NCBI GenBank assembly: GCA_965235115.1
Contig: OZ249436.1
Coordinates: 19,284,001-19,348,000 of the forward strand
Reading direction: 5' to 3'
Length of the DNA: 64,000 nucleotides
Source of the DNA: Laetmonice hystrix
Taxonomy: Eukaryota
The notes beneath the pieces are model-generated. The model was not told the DNA's origin. It did no database searches and was given only the letters and a program-made list of their open reading frames with translations. This document shows positions 12,934 to 25,495 of this stretch, in pieces; position 1 is the stretch's first letter; each line of letters opens with the position of its first letter. The translations under genes and the position numbers were made by a program.

Positions 12934-13895
12934 CCATGGAAGGCAGCAGATCCCTATGGTAAAATCTACACAAAATATGGTGGTAAGAAGTGAGCATCTC
13001 TCACCATTCCTATAGTCCTGACACTAACTGGTTACCATGGAGACGACAGGTCACCATGGTAACACTTCCACAAAATCTGGTGGTAAGAAGTGAGCATCTC
13101 TCACCATTCCTAGCCCTGACACTAACTGGTTGCCATGGAGACGGCAGGTCACCATGGTAACACTCCCACAAAATCTGGTGGTAAGAAGTGAGCATCTCTC
13201 ACCATTCCTATAGTCCTGACACTAACTGGTTACCATGGAGACGACAGGTCACCATGGTAACACTTCCACAAAATCTGGTGGTAAGAAGTGAGCATCTCGC
13301 ACCATTCCTAGCCCTGACACTAACTGGTTACCATGGAGACGACAGGTCACCATGGTAACACTTCCACAAAATCTGGTGGTAAGAAGTGAGCATCTCGCAC
13401 CATTCCTAGCCCTGACACTAACTGGTTACCATGGAGACGGCCGGTCACCATGGTAACACTCCCACAAAATCTGGTGGTAAGAAGTGAGCATCTCTCACCA
13501 TTCCTAGTCCTGACACTAACTGGTTACCATGGAGACGACAGGTCACCATGGTAACACTCCCACAAAATCTAGTGGTAAGAAGTGAGCATCTCGCACCATT
13601 CCTAGCCCTGACACTAACTGGTTACCATGGAGACGGCCGGTCACCATGGTAACACTCCCACAAAATCTGGTGGTGGAGACGGCCGGTCACCATGGTAACA
13701 CTCCCCAAAATCTGGGGGTAAGAAGTGACCATTTCTTACCATTCCTAGCCCGTCCTACCATTCCTAGTCTGACAGTAACTGGTTACCACGGCGACGGCCT
13801 GTCACAAGGGTAACCATTGTAGGTACACCATGGAAGACTGCGGGTTCCTATGGTAAAATCTACACAAAATCTGGTGGTAAGAAGTAAACATCTAT
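12934..13895. repeat. 98-100-bp minisatellite (~8 copies plus degenerate flanking copies)
   Basis: Unit CACAAAATCTGGTGGTAAGAAGTGAGCATCTC...GTTACCATGGAGACGACAGGTCACCATGGTAACACT; periods of 98 and 100 measured. Confidence 0.95.
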
Positions 13896-14120
13896 TACCA
13901 CAGATTAGCATACACAAACAGATTGGAAACGATATAGGCCGATTTGAAACTTCCGGTTTTCGCCCGTGACCACTAGTGACATCTGGCGACGGATGAGATA
14001 AACTTGGCGTTCTTGTGGACTGCATTTGGAAACGTCCGCCTCTATCCGACCCACGGTGGTATCTTTACGTCGTAAGAACACTGTCGGTTGGCGGAAACTA
14101 CGCCGCCGACCGAACCACGG

Positions 14121-14374
14121 TAGCAGTGCTGCCGACTGCTTTATCAAAGGCCGGCCGTGTCACGATACGTCTATGTGGAGGGGCACGTTAAAGATCCCTT
14201 GGCATCTATAGATAAGAGTAGGGGTTCGCCCCGATGCCGGGTTTCCTCCTATCATCTCATCATTATCACCCAATGGATTTCACCGACTGAGTTAGTTACC
14301 TTGTTCTCGCCCTGAAATAGCTGAAATACTGCTGACTGGGCGTTAAACACCAACTACTCACTCACTCACTCACT
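14121..14374 (+). mobile_element. 5'-truncated SINE, Meta/RUDI-like, with 15-bp target-site duplication
   Basis: Core ...TATCAAAGGCCG...GCACGTTAAAGATCCCTTGG, which I recall as Meta-domain-like. The 3' end is GCTGAAATACTGCTGACTGGGCGTTAAACACCAAC followed by an (ACTC)n tail. A perfect direct repeat CCGACCGAACCACGG flanks it at 14106-14120 and 14375-14389. Confidence 0.85.
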
Positions 14375-14705
14375 CCGACCGAACCACGGACCTAGAACCT
14401 GGCGCCATTCCGCAGCAGAAAGTAGCTCACCGTTCATCCAGCTGCTGCTGACCGCCACGCAGTGGGAAGTGGCCATCTAATGTGTCCTATTGTCGACATT
14501 AACCCTTCCCTTCCGTCTGTCAGACTACGGTAAAAATTGAACAGGAATTTTCATGAAAACGGTTTCTGGCAAATTCAGTGACATAACCTTATTATGTCAC
14601 CAGTTCTAGCTCCAGTTTTTAGTTCGCAAAAATAATAGAATTAGGCGAGGACGAGGTAGAGGTCAAAACAGCCACACAGTCAGGGCAACCTATACGGTCG
14701 AGGGA

Positions 14706-15291
14706 CTTCACAGTGAGGGCGAAGTATTAGATACAGCGAGCGTGGTCCAGCCGACCTCACAGTGAGGACGAAGTATAGTTCCAGCGAACCTGGTCCAGCC
14801 GACCTCACAGTGAGGGCGAAGTATAATTCCAGAGAGCGTGGTCGAGCCGACCTCACAGTGAAGGCGAAGTATTAGATCCAGAGAGCGCGGTCGAGCCGAC
14901 CTCACAGTGAGGGCGAAGTATAATTCCAGAGAGCATGGTCGAGCCGACCTCACAGTGAAGGCGAAGTATTAGATCCAGAGAGCGTGGTCGAGCCGACCTC
15001 ACAGTGAGGGCGAAGTATTAGATCCAGCGAGCGCGGTCCAGCCGACCTCACAGTGAGGGCGAAGTATTAGATCCAGCCAGCGTGGTCGAGCCGACCTCAC
15101 AGTGAAGGCGAAGTATTAGATCCAGCGGGCGTGGTCCAGCCGACCTCACAGTGAAGGCGAAGTATTAGATCCAGCGAGCGTGGTCCAGCCGACCTCACAG
15201 TGAGGACGAAGTATTAGATCCAGCGAGCGTGGTCCAGCCGACCTCACAGTGAAGGCGAGCGTGGTCCAGCCGACCTCACAGTCAGGGCGAA
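14706..15291. repeat. 49-bp minisatellite (~12 copies)
   Basis: Unit CACAGTGAGGGCGAAGTATTAGATCCAGCGAGCGTGGTCCAGCCGACCT. Confidence 0.96.
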
Positions 15292-15619
15292 TTATAGGTC
15301 AGGACAACCTTATAGGGAAGGCGAATGGTGGCCCTGAAAAGGTTCAGGATCTAAAACAGGGCCCAGTTCACAAAGTCAAATTCACCTGGAGGACAATACT
15401 TGCTGACAGCCTTTCATCCTAATTATACTCTAATCAATTAATTGTACAGTAAATTATTTGTAAACCAGTCCTACTGAAGACACCCCCGCCTTGCCCGAGT
15501 CCCTTTTCTCTTCAAACGAACCTTGGCACGACATACAAGAAATAAATATTTCAGAATGGTTGAACGGTTGCATGTGTCAAACAACTGGTTTGAGCTTAAT
15601 TATTTAGATATTTAGATCA

Positions 15620-15650
15620 TGAGAGAGAGAGAGACAGAGAGACAGACAGA

Positions 15651-15722
<72 letters not shown>

Positions 15723-15737
15723 GGCAGACAGACAGAC
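15620..15737. repeat. (GA)n/(GACA)n microsatellite
   Basis: Read directly from the sequence. Confidence 0.98.
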
Positions 15738-16714
15738 AAAGAAGGTAGTCGTTTTCCTACGATACCTCTAAATGCGAAGGCTTTCAAAGTGAAATTTGCG
15801 TCCGCCGACAGACGCCTACCCCCTTGGGATTGTGGGTCTGTGACTGACTTCAGTGGCGGGGTTAAGGTGAACTATTACAACCCTAATTGAAGGTGAAGTG
15901 AACTGACCAATAGTCAGCCCAGTCCAGCCCCAAGTGGGCATTTAATCGGCCCCTTGCTAGATCCGCAGAATTACGACTAAAACGGGCTGACCGTCAGCCC
16001 AAATCTTTAAAGAGGCGCTTTTTCATTCGTTTTGTTTTCGGGCATTTAACAAATATTTAATAGCGACACTCAATAACAATTCTCACCAAATTATGGGGTC
16101 GATAACTTTGTTAAATCACGCACGTACAATTATGTATGCATATTTCCCAATGCACAATTTCATTGAAATGTAATTGAAAAGGGGCATGGAATATTTTCGC
16201 AATAATCCAAGGTCTGTTTTCGTTCGGCCGCGGCCGGGGCCGCCTTCAGTCTGCCCTCAATGGTAGACGAGTAACCGATCACTGTTTGAAAGGTTGTTGT
16301 TCAATCCGAGTAGAAACCTATTTCACTTTCTGAATGTTGCTTTATAATCCCCGGGTGTACAGTCGTGATTCGACTGGCAGAATAGAACGGTATTACAGTA
16401 CCGAGACAGCTGCCAACTGCAGCCAGCCTCGGCTCTGTCAAAAAGAACCGGAACTCGGCTACAGAAATGGGAATTCGCGTCTATAATCGATCAAATTCAA
16501 TTTAGGTTTACAAAATATCATCTCGGAATCGGGGATTTCATCGGCAAAGCTTCTGCTTCTTCCTGTGTTAGGTGCTCATCACTGGTGGAAATGTACTGAA
16601 GTTTAGGGAACAGAAATGAATTGTCGGGATCAACAAAAGAATTTGGTTGTTGGAACGAGTGGTTTCAGACTCAGCCCTCAGTAAAAGTAGAGAGCTGGCG
16701 TTCTCCGTGCATTA

Positions 16715-16946
16715 ACATGGTGCGTGCTACATGGTACATGGTACATAGTGCGTGCTTAGCTGGTACATGGTACACAGTGCGTGCTACATGGTACATGGTG
16801 CATGGTACATGGTGCATGGTACATGGTGCATGGTTCGTGCTACATGGTACATGGTGCGTGCTACATGGTAATGGTACATGGTGTGTGGTGCATGGTAATG
16901 GTACATGGTGCGTGGTGCATGACACATGGTGCGTGGTACATGGTAC
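16715..16946. repeat. 7-bp-based satellite (ATGGT(A/G)C)n
   Basis: Repeated ATGGTAC/ATGGTGC motifs. Confidence 0.9.
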
Positions 16947-17249
16947 CAAATGTTGGCGGAAAACGTTTCTTTAATACACAGGGTGTGAGTCTGGCATTGG
17001 GTAGTGTAAAACTGGGTGTGTGGAAGGTGATGGTCGCGGGCCGTGCTTGGTTCACGTCCTGTTGGCAAGTTGTTTGGCCTTTTTTAGGACGGGAGCCAAA
17101 GCTGTTTAATTGTTTTTCTGGCGATGATGATGATGATGGCAATGGTGACGATGAAGATGAGACGAGGTATTAAGACCCCCGGACACTGAGGCAATGCCCC
17201 AGTCTTATTGGCAAGCGGTTTTACATCAAACACTGAATAGACCCAGCGT

Positions 17250-17860
17250 AGGCGGTGTGGGTGTCGGTATTGTGGATGTCGGTCGGTGTGGATGTCGGTC
17301 GGTGTGGGTGTCGGTAGGTCTGGTGTGGGTGTCGGTAGTGTGGGTATCATTCGGTGTGGGTGTCGTTCGGTGTAGGTGTCGTTCGGTATGGGTGTCGTTC
17401 GGTGTGGGTGTCGGTCGGTGTGGGTGTCGGTCGGTGTGGGTGTCGTTCGGTGTGGGTGTCGTTCGGTGTGGGTGTCGTTCGGTGTGGATGTCGGTCGGTG
17501 TGGGTGTCGTTTGGTGTGGGTGTCGTTCGGTGTGGGTGTCGTTCGGTGTGGGTGTCGTTCGGTGTGGGTGTCGTTCGGTGTGGGTGTCGTTCGGTGTGGG
17601 TGTCGTTCGGTGTGGGTGTCGTTCGGTGTGGGTGTCGTTCGGTGTGGGTGTCGGTAGGTGTGGGTGTCGGTAGGTGTGGGTGTCGGTAGGTGTGGGTGTC
17701 GGTAGGGGTGGGTGTCGGTAGGGGTGGGTGTCGGTAGGGGTGGGTGTCGGTAGGGGTGGGTGTCGGTAGGTGTGGGTGTCGGTAGGTGTGGGTGTGGGTA
17801 GGTGTGGGTGTCGGTAGGGGTGGGTGTCGGTAGGTGTGGGTGTAGGTAGGTATGTGGGGT
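17250..17860. repeat. 16-bp G/T-rich minisatellite
   Basis: Unit GGTGTGGGTGTCG(TTC/GTC/GTA); this explains the 309-aa H/P/T-rich ORF. Confidence 0.97.
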
Positions 17861-18369
17861 AGAAATGACTGTTTTTAGCAATCCGTCAGCACAATGTCCT
17901 GATAACACTAATCCATGTATGTCAGAGAAATGGACCCTTTCTGTACTTGAATTGATGACTGCCGACATCAGTCGCTCCCTGTTCAAAGGAATGATTAACA
18001 AAGTGAACACCACCCTCTGCCATCTGCATTGTTCTTTGATCCATTTTGAGGCTCTGTGACCTTACATCCATTAGTCCAAGGAAAATCTGAACCTGCCAAA
18101 AAGTAAAGCATGCTTTATACTATATCTGTAACATTGAGAAGGATTTCTGCTGCTTCGTGCCTTGATAGATTCATGGACAGGATTTGAAGGTCATACCGAG
18201 ACAAGGCAGACGGAATCAGAGAAACGGTCAGGTCTTATCTTAGTGGATTACATGACACGGCTCTGTTGTTATTACCGGTTTGACAAACCGGTATAATAGG
18301 ATATAAACCTGGCGGCAGGGTTGGGAACTAGTCACCGTGTAACACACATCTAACTGGTGGTATTCTATA

Positions 18370-18426
18370 CTCTCTCTGCCTGTCTGTCTATCTGTCTGTC
18401 TATCTGTCTGTCTATCTGTCTCTCTC

Positions 18427-18478
<52 letters not shown>

Positions 18479-18484
18479 TCTCTC

Positions 18485-18526
<42 letters not shown>

Positions 18527-18542
18527 TCTCTCTCTCTCTCTC

Positions 18543-18590
<48 letters not shown>
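18370..18590. repeat. (TCTG/TCTA)n plus (CT)n microsatellite
   Basis: Read directly from the sequence. Confidence 0.98.
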
Positions 18591-18591
<1 letters not shown>

Positions 18592-19101
18592 GTCTTCCAT
18601 TCTCCTAGTAATCTTTTCCCCGTCCTCTCTCGTTCACGCCAACAAAACTTTACTAATATAACAACGATTAATATAAGTAACCATGAAACGACGCCAGAGT
18701 GGATTTTCTTTTTTGAAATGCAATACTTCAAACAAGATGTGAGCGGTCTGTATATACCTAACTAGCGAACCATCCACCCGATGAAAGGTTCCTTCCCCGG
18801 GAGGCAGGCGTTATTTATTAACGGCTGGAGATATTGATACCAAGCGTCGCGTGTTTTTATTCATCCACATTGAGACTGATTGCACTTTTTGAGTGCAGCC
18901 TCAGACTCTTTGAAATAAAACGGTGCTGTTTTATAGAATTCTGAAAACAGTTTCCGTTCACATCAGACTGGACGCTGATAAGGTCGCGGGAACGCCTGTC
19001 TGGAACCACAGAACTTTTGTGGCTAGAATCATAGAATTTTTTGATGGACATAAAACCGTTAACATCAGGACAAAATCGAACATAGAAAGGACGTCCAATA
19101 T

Positions 19102-19530
19102 GACCTCAACAGGACATTTCACGTCAATAGCACCTCAACAAGCTTCAACAGAACATTTCACGTCAATAGCACCTCAACAGGACATTTCACGTTAATAGCA
19201 CCTCAACAGGACATCATATTAATAAGACCTCCAGAGGACATCACGTCAACAGGACCTCAACAGGACATCATATTTAATAAGACCTCAACAGGACGTCACG
19301 TCAATAGGACCTCAACAGGACATTATATTTAATAAGACCTCCACAGGACGTCACGTCAATAGGACCTCAACAGGACATTATATTAATAAGACCTCCAGAG
19401 GACATCACGTCAATAGGACCTCAACAGGACATCATATTACCTCAACAGGACGTCACGTCAATAGGACCTCAACAGGACATCATATTAATAAGACCTCCAG
19501 AGGACGTCACGTCAATAGGACCTCAACAGA
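19102..19530. repeat. ~27/54-bp dimeric minisatellite
   Basis: Alternating GACCTCAACAGGACATCATATTAATAA and GACCTCCAGAGGACATCACGTCAATAG subunits. Confidence 0.9.
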
Positions 19531-20067
19531 AATATCGAGAGGTCTAGTCTAAACTAAAGCGTACGTTCGATCATTAAGCCCGATTGGTGAACATCTCAAA
19601 CATCAGTCAGCGACTGTCATTCAGTCCTCCAGTTTCTAGTTAAGCCTAGATTATCTCCGAGTCAGATACGCCAGATCCACTAATCTCAATCACAACACTA
19701 AACGTCCGATTATAAGCCCTCTCCTCCCATCAGCAGTGTAATAAACAATACCTGTATACCAATGGTCTTTCCGGGTAGCTATCTTAGAAATGACCTGAGC
19801 AAGAATGTAATATAGATTTCTCCATTGGTTAGTTAGGACCATTATTTTATAACCTACTGCATCAGTTTGAAGATGACAGTGCTGGGCGCAGGTGCTACAC
19901 CTTTTATGGTTATGTTCGAGGCTTTTGAAGGTCAGAACGAAACTGCCGAACTTCGTGCCCGCGGCGCCGATTGAAAGCAGTTAAACTGCGTTCATAAACA
20001 GGAACAACATGATACATGGCCCGACGGCCTCCGAATCACGCAAGACCCACGTCAACATGTCCGAACT

Positions 20068-20372
20068 AGCCGAATAGTTTCCGAAACAGAGTCATCTCCG
20101 AACCAGCCGACCAGTCTCCGAACCAGCCGACCAGTCTCCGAACCAGACGAGTCCCCGAACACGTCGAGCAGTCTTCTAGCCAGCCGTGTAGTCTCCGGAC
20201 TAGCCGAGTAGTCTCCGAACCAGCCGTGCAGTCTCCAAACCAGCCGAACAATGTCCAAACTAGTGGAGAAGTCTCTGATCTGACCTACCAGTCTCCGATC
20301 CAGTCGGGCAGTCTCTGAACCGACCGGTCGAGCAGTCTCCGGACCAGCCGAGCAGTTCCCGAACCAGCCAAG
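20068..20372. repeat. Degenerate 20-bp minisatellite
   Basis: Unit GAACCAGCCGACCAGTCTCC, ~15 diverged copies. Confidence 0.88.
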
Positions 20373-20556
20373 CAGGCTCCAGCCAAATAGTTTGTCATTT
20401 AGTCCCAGTTGACATTCAGTATACGTGGTGTTGGGCAAACAATTCGCTCTTACAGCTCCTAATTCTTTCTCCTTTTTTCTTGTACTGTCTCTGACGCAGT
20501 CCATCACGACCCTCAGCGACCCTGAGAGAGTCGGGTGACACACACTGTCTCTGATG

Positions 20557-21186
20557 CAATCGGAACGACCGAGCCATTTCCGGTTTACTTTGCTTTCGGG
20601 AACTAGACTCGGACAGTAAGAACGCCATCTTGCTTGGCTGACGTCACAAAACTATTTTTAAAATGGCAGGTGATGTACAAACAGACATGTGTTCGGTGAG
20701 AAGCGACACTGCACCTACCAGTGTTACATGTTGTTTGTGTGTCTAAGGCTGAAGGGCGAACGAAGGTTGTCGCTCGCATATTGTACCGCACTTAGAAATT
20801 CTTCCAAGGGAGTCTCAATTCGTAATCTATCCCACACGTGTGCACTAGGCCTATGCCATGGCTATGACATGTTGTCATCGTGTGGGCGCCGCCATTATGG
20901 TAAAAGTCGGACTGCCGAAATCGTATTGTGACATCAAATTATGTGAAACTGTTACTTGTTTGCTCATTATCAACATGTACGGTCGGTGAAAACTTATATA
21001 TGCACACAACACCTAAAAACAGTTGGTCAATCGACTGCCCTAATTTTTCAATCGGCCGGATCAGAGAGCACACCACATATATCCGGCGGATTCCCGGCAT
21101 ATGACCGTCAGATTTCTACACTTCCACTCTCCGAGTCCAGTTCCCGAAAGCAAAGTAAACCGGAAATGGCTCGGTCGTTCCGATTG
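20557..21186. mobile_element. Non-autonomous DNA transposon (MITE), ~60-bp TIRs, 9-bp TSD (Mutator/MULE-like)
   Basis: Left TIR CAATCGGAACGACCGAGCCATTTCCGGTTTACTTTGCTTTCGGGAACTAGACTCGG; its near-perfect reverse complement ends at 21186. TSD TCTCTGATG at 20548-20556 and 21187-21195. Confidence 0.9.
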
Positions 21187-22002
21187 TCTCTGATGGTGTT
21201 TCGACTCCGTCATCCAACCAGTTTTTTCTTGTTCGGGTGCTGCCCAGATTTACCAGAGCAGAAGTTGCTGACATCGACTGCACTTTTTTGCTGACCTATG
21301 CTATTGTTTGGTCTTCATGGAGCCACGCGGCCCACACACGTTTTACTGGAATCCAATTACACTAGACCGATTTCAGAACGAGATTATCTGTAGGTCAATC
21401 ACCGTAATGGCTTAGTTTGTGTCAACAAGGGATTAACGGCATGGAATTACAGCACGGAATTAATGTCTTAATTAAATAATACCATCACCTGGGGATGGCA
21501 TTTCAATGGAAATTTCACTTGGCCATCATCTTAATGTAACAGTTAAGGGTGTGCTATATACCAACCTATAGACACCTACTTCTCTGCCCGTTTCATATAT
21601 ATTTACATACAAATAAATATGGATGTAGAGATCCATTAAACGTCTGTGTACCACCAAATGGGGCAGGATAATAAACGGAAAAAAGGGGGCGCTCTAGACC
21701 CCCTCGTCCCTTTATTCGCCTCTGATATATAAACCACCCAACTGTCGACATAGAGATCGGATCCGTCAACATTGAAGCCGCCTCGACCCCCAAATCTTTC
21801 CGTTGTTTTAAATCGGGCCGACTTCGGCAACACGGAGGCTGGTGCAGTGACACATCTGATGGCAAACAATATTTTCAATCGGATCATTTTAGGAAATTGA
21901 TTTGACACCCGTGAAGACTCAATATTTGTATCGGGGGGGGGGGGGTGAGAACCCCACCCCCTAGCAAGAGACCCTTTTGTATAGCTGTATCTCTGGTAAT
22001 CC

Positions 22003-22072
22003 CTGTCACCCAGGTCACACCCGGTCACACCCGGTCACACCCGGACATCCCCGGTCACACCCTGTCACACCC
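22003..22072. repeat. 10-bp tandem repeat
   Basis: (CCGGTCACAC)n, ~7 copies. Confidence 0.85.
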
Positions 22073-22869
22073 GTCATCTGCACCAACCATCCGTACACAA
22101 ACCACTCAGGTAAAGGTGGAGAGTTATTATAATGGTAGCGTGGCCACCTGGAGCACAACCTGCCAGCCGTGATCCCCATCTGGTTCACCCCACCCCCCAC
22201 CCCACCAATCAGGGACACCCCCTGTGGCGACAGGTAGCGATCCCAGCGCCGTGTCACTGACACAGATTATATATGAGGCCGACCGACGTTTGAGCCACTC
22301 TATCCCGTCTGCATAGATCACGTGACCACTCATTCTTGTACTATTGATGCGCCCCCTATCGGCCCCAGCCACAGATCACGTGATACCACCAGATGACACG
22401 GAACCGGATATGGTTGTGGGTATAGATAATGCGGGATGATCATTCGATGATACGACAGTAGGTGTAATATCAGTCGCAACTACGATCATTCAGTCAATGT
22501 TTTGCCTACATCCGAGAGAAAAAAGAATATAGCAATCCGAACTACTCACTCAAAATTACTTATATCATGGAATACTGCATAGTATATCATCTAATATTAC
22601 ATAGTATATCATGTAATATTACATAGTATCGGTTATGCATGATTAATAGATAAACGTACCGGTTTTAGTTCGATATATTACCCGTGTCTCTGCCAGTGTG
22701 TATGGTACGTACATAACATTTCTTGTCTCTGGTAACTCTCCAATCATGTAGACTTAACATAACGAAAATCCCATTAGAGTTAGACGTTCTCTGCTGGTAG
22801 CAGTTATCAGTTAGTAGCGAGGTTATTACTTGGGTTGATCTATACGTAATGTATCTCACGTCGGTGATC

Positions 22870-23016
22870 AACCACGGCGACAACCACAGCGACAACCATG
22901 GCGACAACCACACCGACAACCACACCGGCAACCACACCGACAACCACACCGACAACCACGGCGACAACCACACCGACAACCACACCGACAACCACAACGA
23001 CAACCACGGCGACAAC
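22870..23016. repeat. 12-bp tandem repeat
   Basis: (GACAACCACACC/GGC)n, ~12 copies. Confidence 0.92.
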
Positions 23017-24048
23017 GAAATTAAACCGATACGCCGTACTTCATCTCCCGCTAGGTGGCGCCCTAAAAACTCCAACCACTTTTAACTTGGCCCTCATTAA
23101 ATGCTCTTCAGCATATTAATGTGGCCACCTGAACATGTGATGACATGTTTTTAACACTTTTAGCGGGCTAACATTACACCACGTTCAACTGGTCTTTATA
23201 CCCACACACCAATCTCTGGAACCTGCAATAAACATTTTCACCTCTATCATTATGGTTTGCCGGGCGGTATTGTACCCAGCCTCTTGAGAATTATTGCATT
23301 AGAATTTCGTATTAACTCAATGATTTTTGCGAATTTCCCACTTAAATGATACAAGAGGATGATCAAAGCCAAAATGAAGCGTCTATTTGTGTGCCAATCC
23401 AAAGGAAAAGTATTTAAGTTTACCTTTCTAAATCTGAAGTGGTTGATTCAATTAATTTGACTAGACTTGAAGCGCTCTAACTTGTTTCTAGGGGTTTTGA
23501 ATGTGCCGGATGGGGCTGTATTAAAGATGGTACTATTCCTACGATATTGGGGGCCGGCGGCTTAAGTTAAAGTGGCAACCTAACTTCCTCAAATCCTTAC
23601 CTTTGAACCCGAGTGACACCATGTTAAAATATCAGGTTCGAGCGATAAGCGAAAGTATTTAAAAAATGGAATTGAGAAATTTATATGTCTGCGCTGTCCT
23701 CCTGGCTTCCACTCCGATTCCGCTGCCATATTTTGGGCATAATCTATTACATTATAAAAACCCAACCTGCGCTGGCTTCTGAAAATAGCGGTCGGACCGA
23801 ACGCGGTAACTCGGGGCCTTTCCATAACTCCAGTTTTGAAGTACTTTTGCTTAACGTTACAACGTTAAATGGACATTGCCTAATCTTCAGAAGTTACACA
23901 AGCGATGGTCTGAGTGTGATTCAGACGAGCAGTCGATTCTTTACGCACTTCGTGGAAACGATCGAGTCAGCGTTGAGACCGTTCAATTGGGCTTAGAATA
24001 TTTCTACACCGGGTCTGCAGCTTATCTGTTAACCTTATTAAAACAAAA

Positions 24049-24331
24049 TGACACAAGTGTCAGAAGCTCAGACCCTCGGGCGTGACAGAAGCTCAGACCC
24101 TCGGGAGTGACACAAGCTCAGACCCTCGGCAGTGACACAAGCTCAGACCCTCGGCAGTGACAGAAGCTCAGACCCTCGGCAGTGACACAAGCTCAGACCC
24201 TCGGCAGTGACACAAGCTCAGACCCTCGGCAGTGACACAAGCTCAGACCCTCGGCAGTGACACAAGCTCAGACCCTCGGCAGTGACACAAGCTCAGACCC
24301 TCGGCAGTGACACAAGCTCAGACCCCCGGGA
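24049..24331. repeat. 25-bp minisatellite (~11 copies)
   Basis: Unit GTGACACAAGCTCAGACCCTCGGCA. Confidence 0.96.
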
Positions 24332-25409
24332 GCACTGATTCAGTATAGTCTCAAATTCTCCATTCGCTTCTATCAGAGAACATCCTGGATCAGGATGCCA
24401 CGGTTGGGCCGGAGCAGGCCAGTTGCATGACTGTCCGTTCGTTAATTTCCCCGTGTATTTTCAATGAGAATTTTAACGAACGGACCGTCATGCAACTGGC
24501 CAGGGCCGGGGACGTGGTCAACAAATATGACAAGCGCGTACGCTCTCCTCCACCCCCTGTCTCGACACCCCACCCTGTTGGTCACTGTCCCGGTCCTCCG
24601 CCCCCTCGCACCACCCGGTCCTCCCCGGTCCAGTTCCGGGCTGATGTCGCCTCTACCCCCGGGGGCCGCCCCAACGACGCCCGGCCGAAGAGCTCAGCTC
24701 CTGTCCCCCACACCGGGGACCGAGGCGGGGGGAGGGGGGGCTAGACCCGGCGATCTGTCTTAGAGACGGCGTATTGACCTATTAATGCGGCGGACAGCTG
24801 CGGCCAGTCATTGGTTTTCTATGGAGTCCGTCGAGTCTATCAGAGGGTCGTCGGCCCTTGGCGGAGCATGACGCCCGGCCCTCGGGCCGGGCGGGGGCGG
24901 GGTGGGGAGGAGGGGTCCCGCGGGAACCAACATGACACATTTAATGTAATTGGTAATATGTTCCCATTATTCAGGTGGGAGCATACAGCGGAAATCCCCG
25001 TGTCTTTTTGATTCGGTTACATATGAATATCAATGGTTATATCGGCCTACATTGATGTTAGTCCCACAGCAGTTTGTCACGTGGACCTCCAGCTCGATAA
25101 GGAAACAAGCGGCAGGGCTGCATGCCAAACACGGGCCGGTCAAAGGGGACCGCTAGCGTTCATAGAGACTGGAGGCCGGTATCTGCTTCCTTCTGCTGCC
25201 TTTAGTCTGCAGGAACGCCAGCGTTCACACAGACGGGAGACCGGTACCTGCTTCCTTCTGCTGCAGGTTTCCAGAAAGTAGTAAGTTAACTAAGTTGGTT
25301 AAAATCGTGGTTAACTCTGACTTTAAAAGGTCGCAAAACAGGGAGCGTGTGCACTCGTTGGCAACAGGCTAGACGGCCGCTGTCTTCTGTTCCGCACCGT
25401 CGTGCCTCA

Positions 25410-25495
25410 GGCCGTTGCAAAAAATTCCGCTCACTAAAATTGCCATTGAAATTCAATGGCAATTTAAACGAGCGGGAATTTATGCAACGGAGCCC
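25410..25495. mobile_element. ~85-bp palindromic Harbinger-like mini-MITE
   Basis: GGCCGTTGCAAAAAATTCCGCTC...GAGCGGGAATTTATGCAACGGAGCC with central perfect 14-bp arms AAATTGCCATTGAA-A-TTCAATGGCAATTT. The termini match those of the 33722-35992 element. Confidence 0.65.

Noticed and set aside
17084..18013. 309-aa His/Pro/Thr-rich ORF
   Set aside because: Product of the 16-bp satellite, whose unit is not a multiple of 3.
22849..23119. DNHT- or Thr-rich mucin-like ORFs
   Set aside because: These are a 12-bp tandem repeat with no supporting gene structure.
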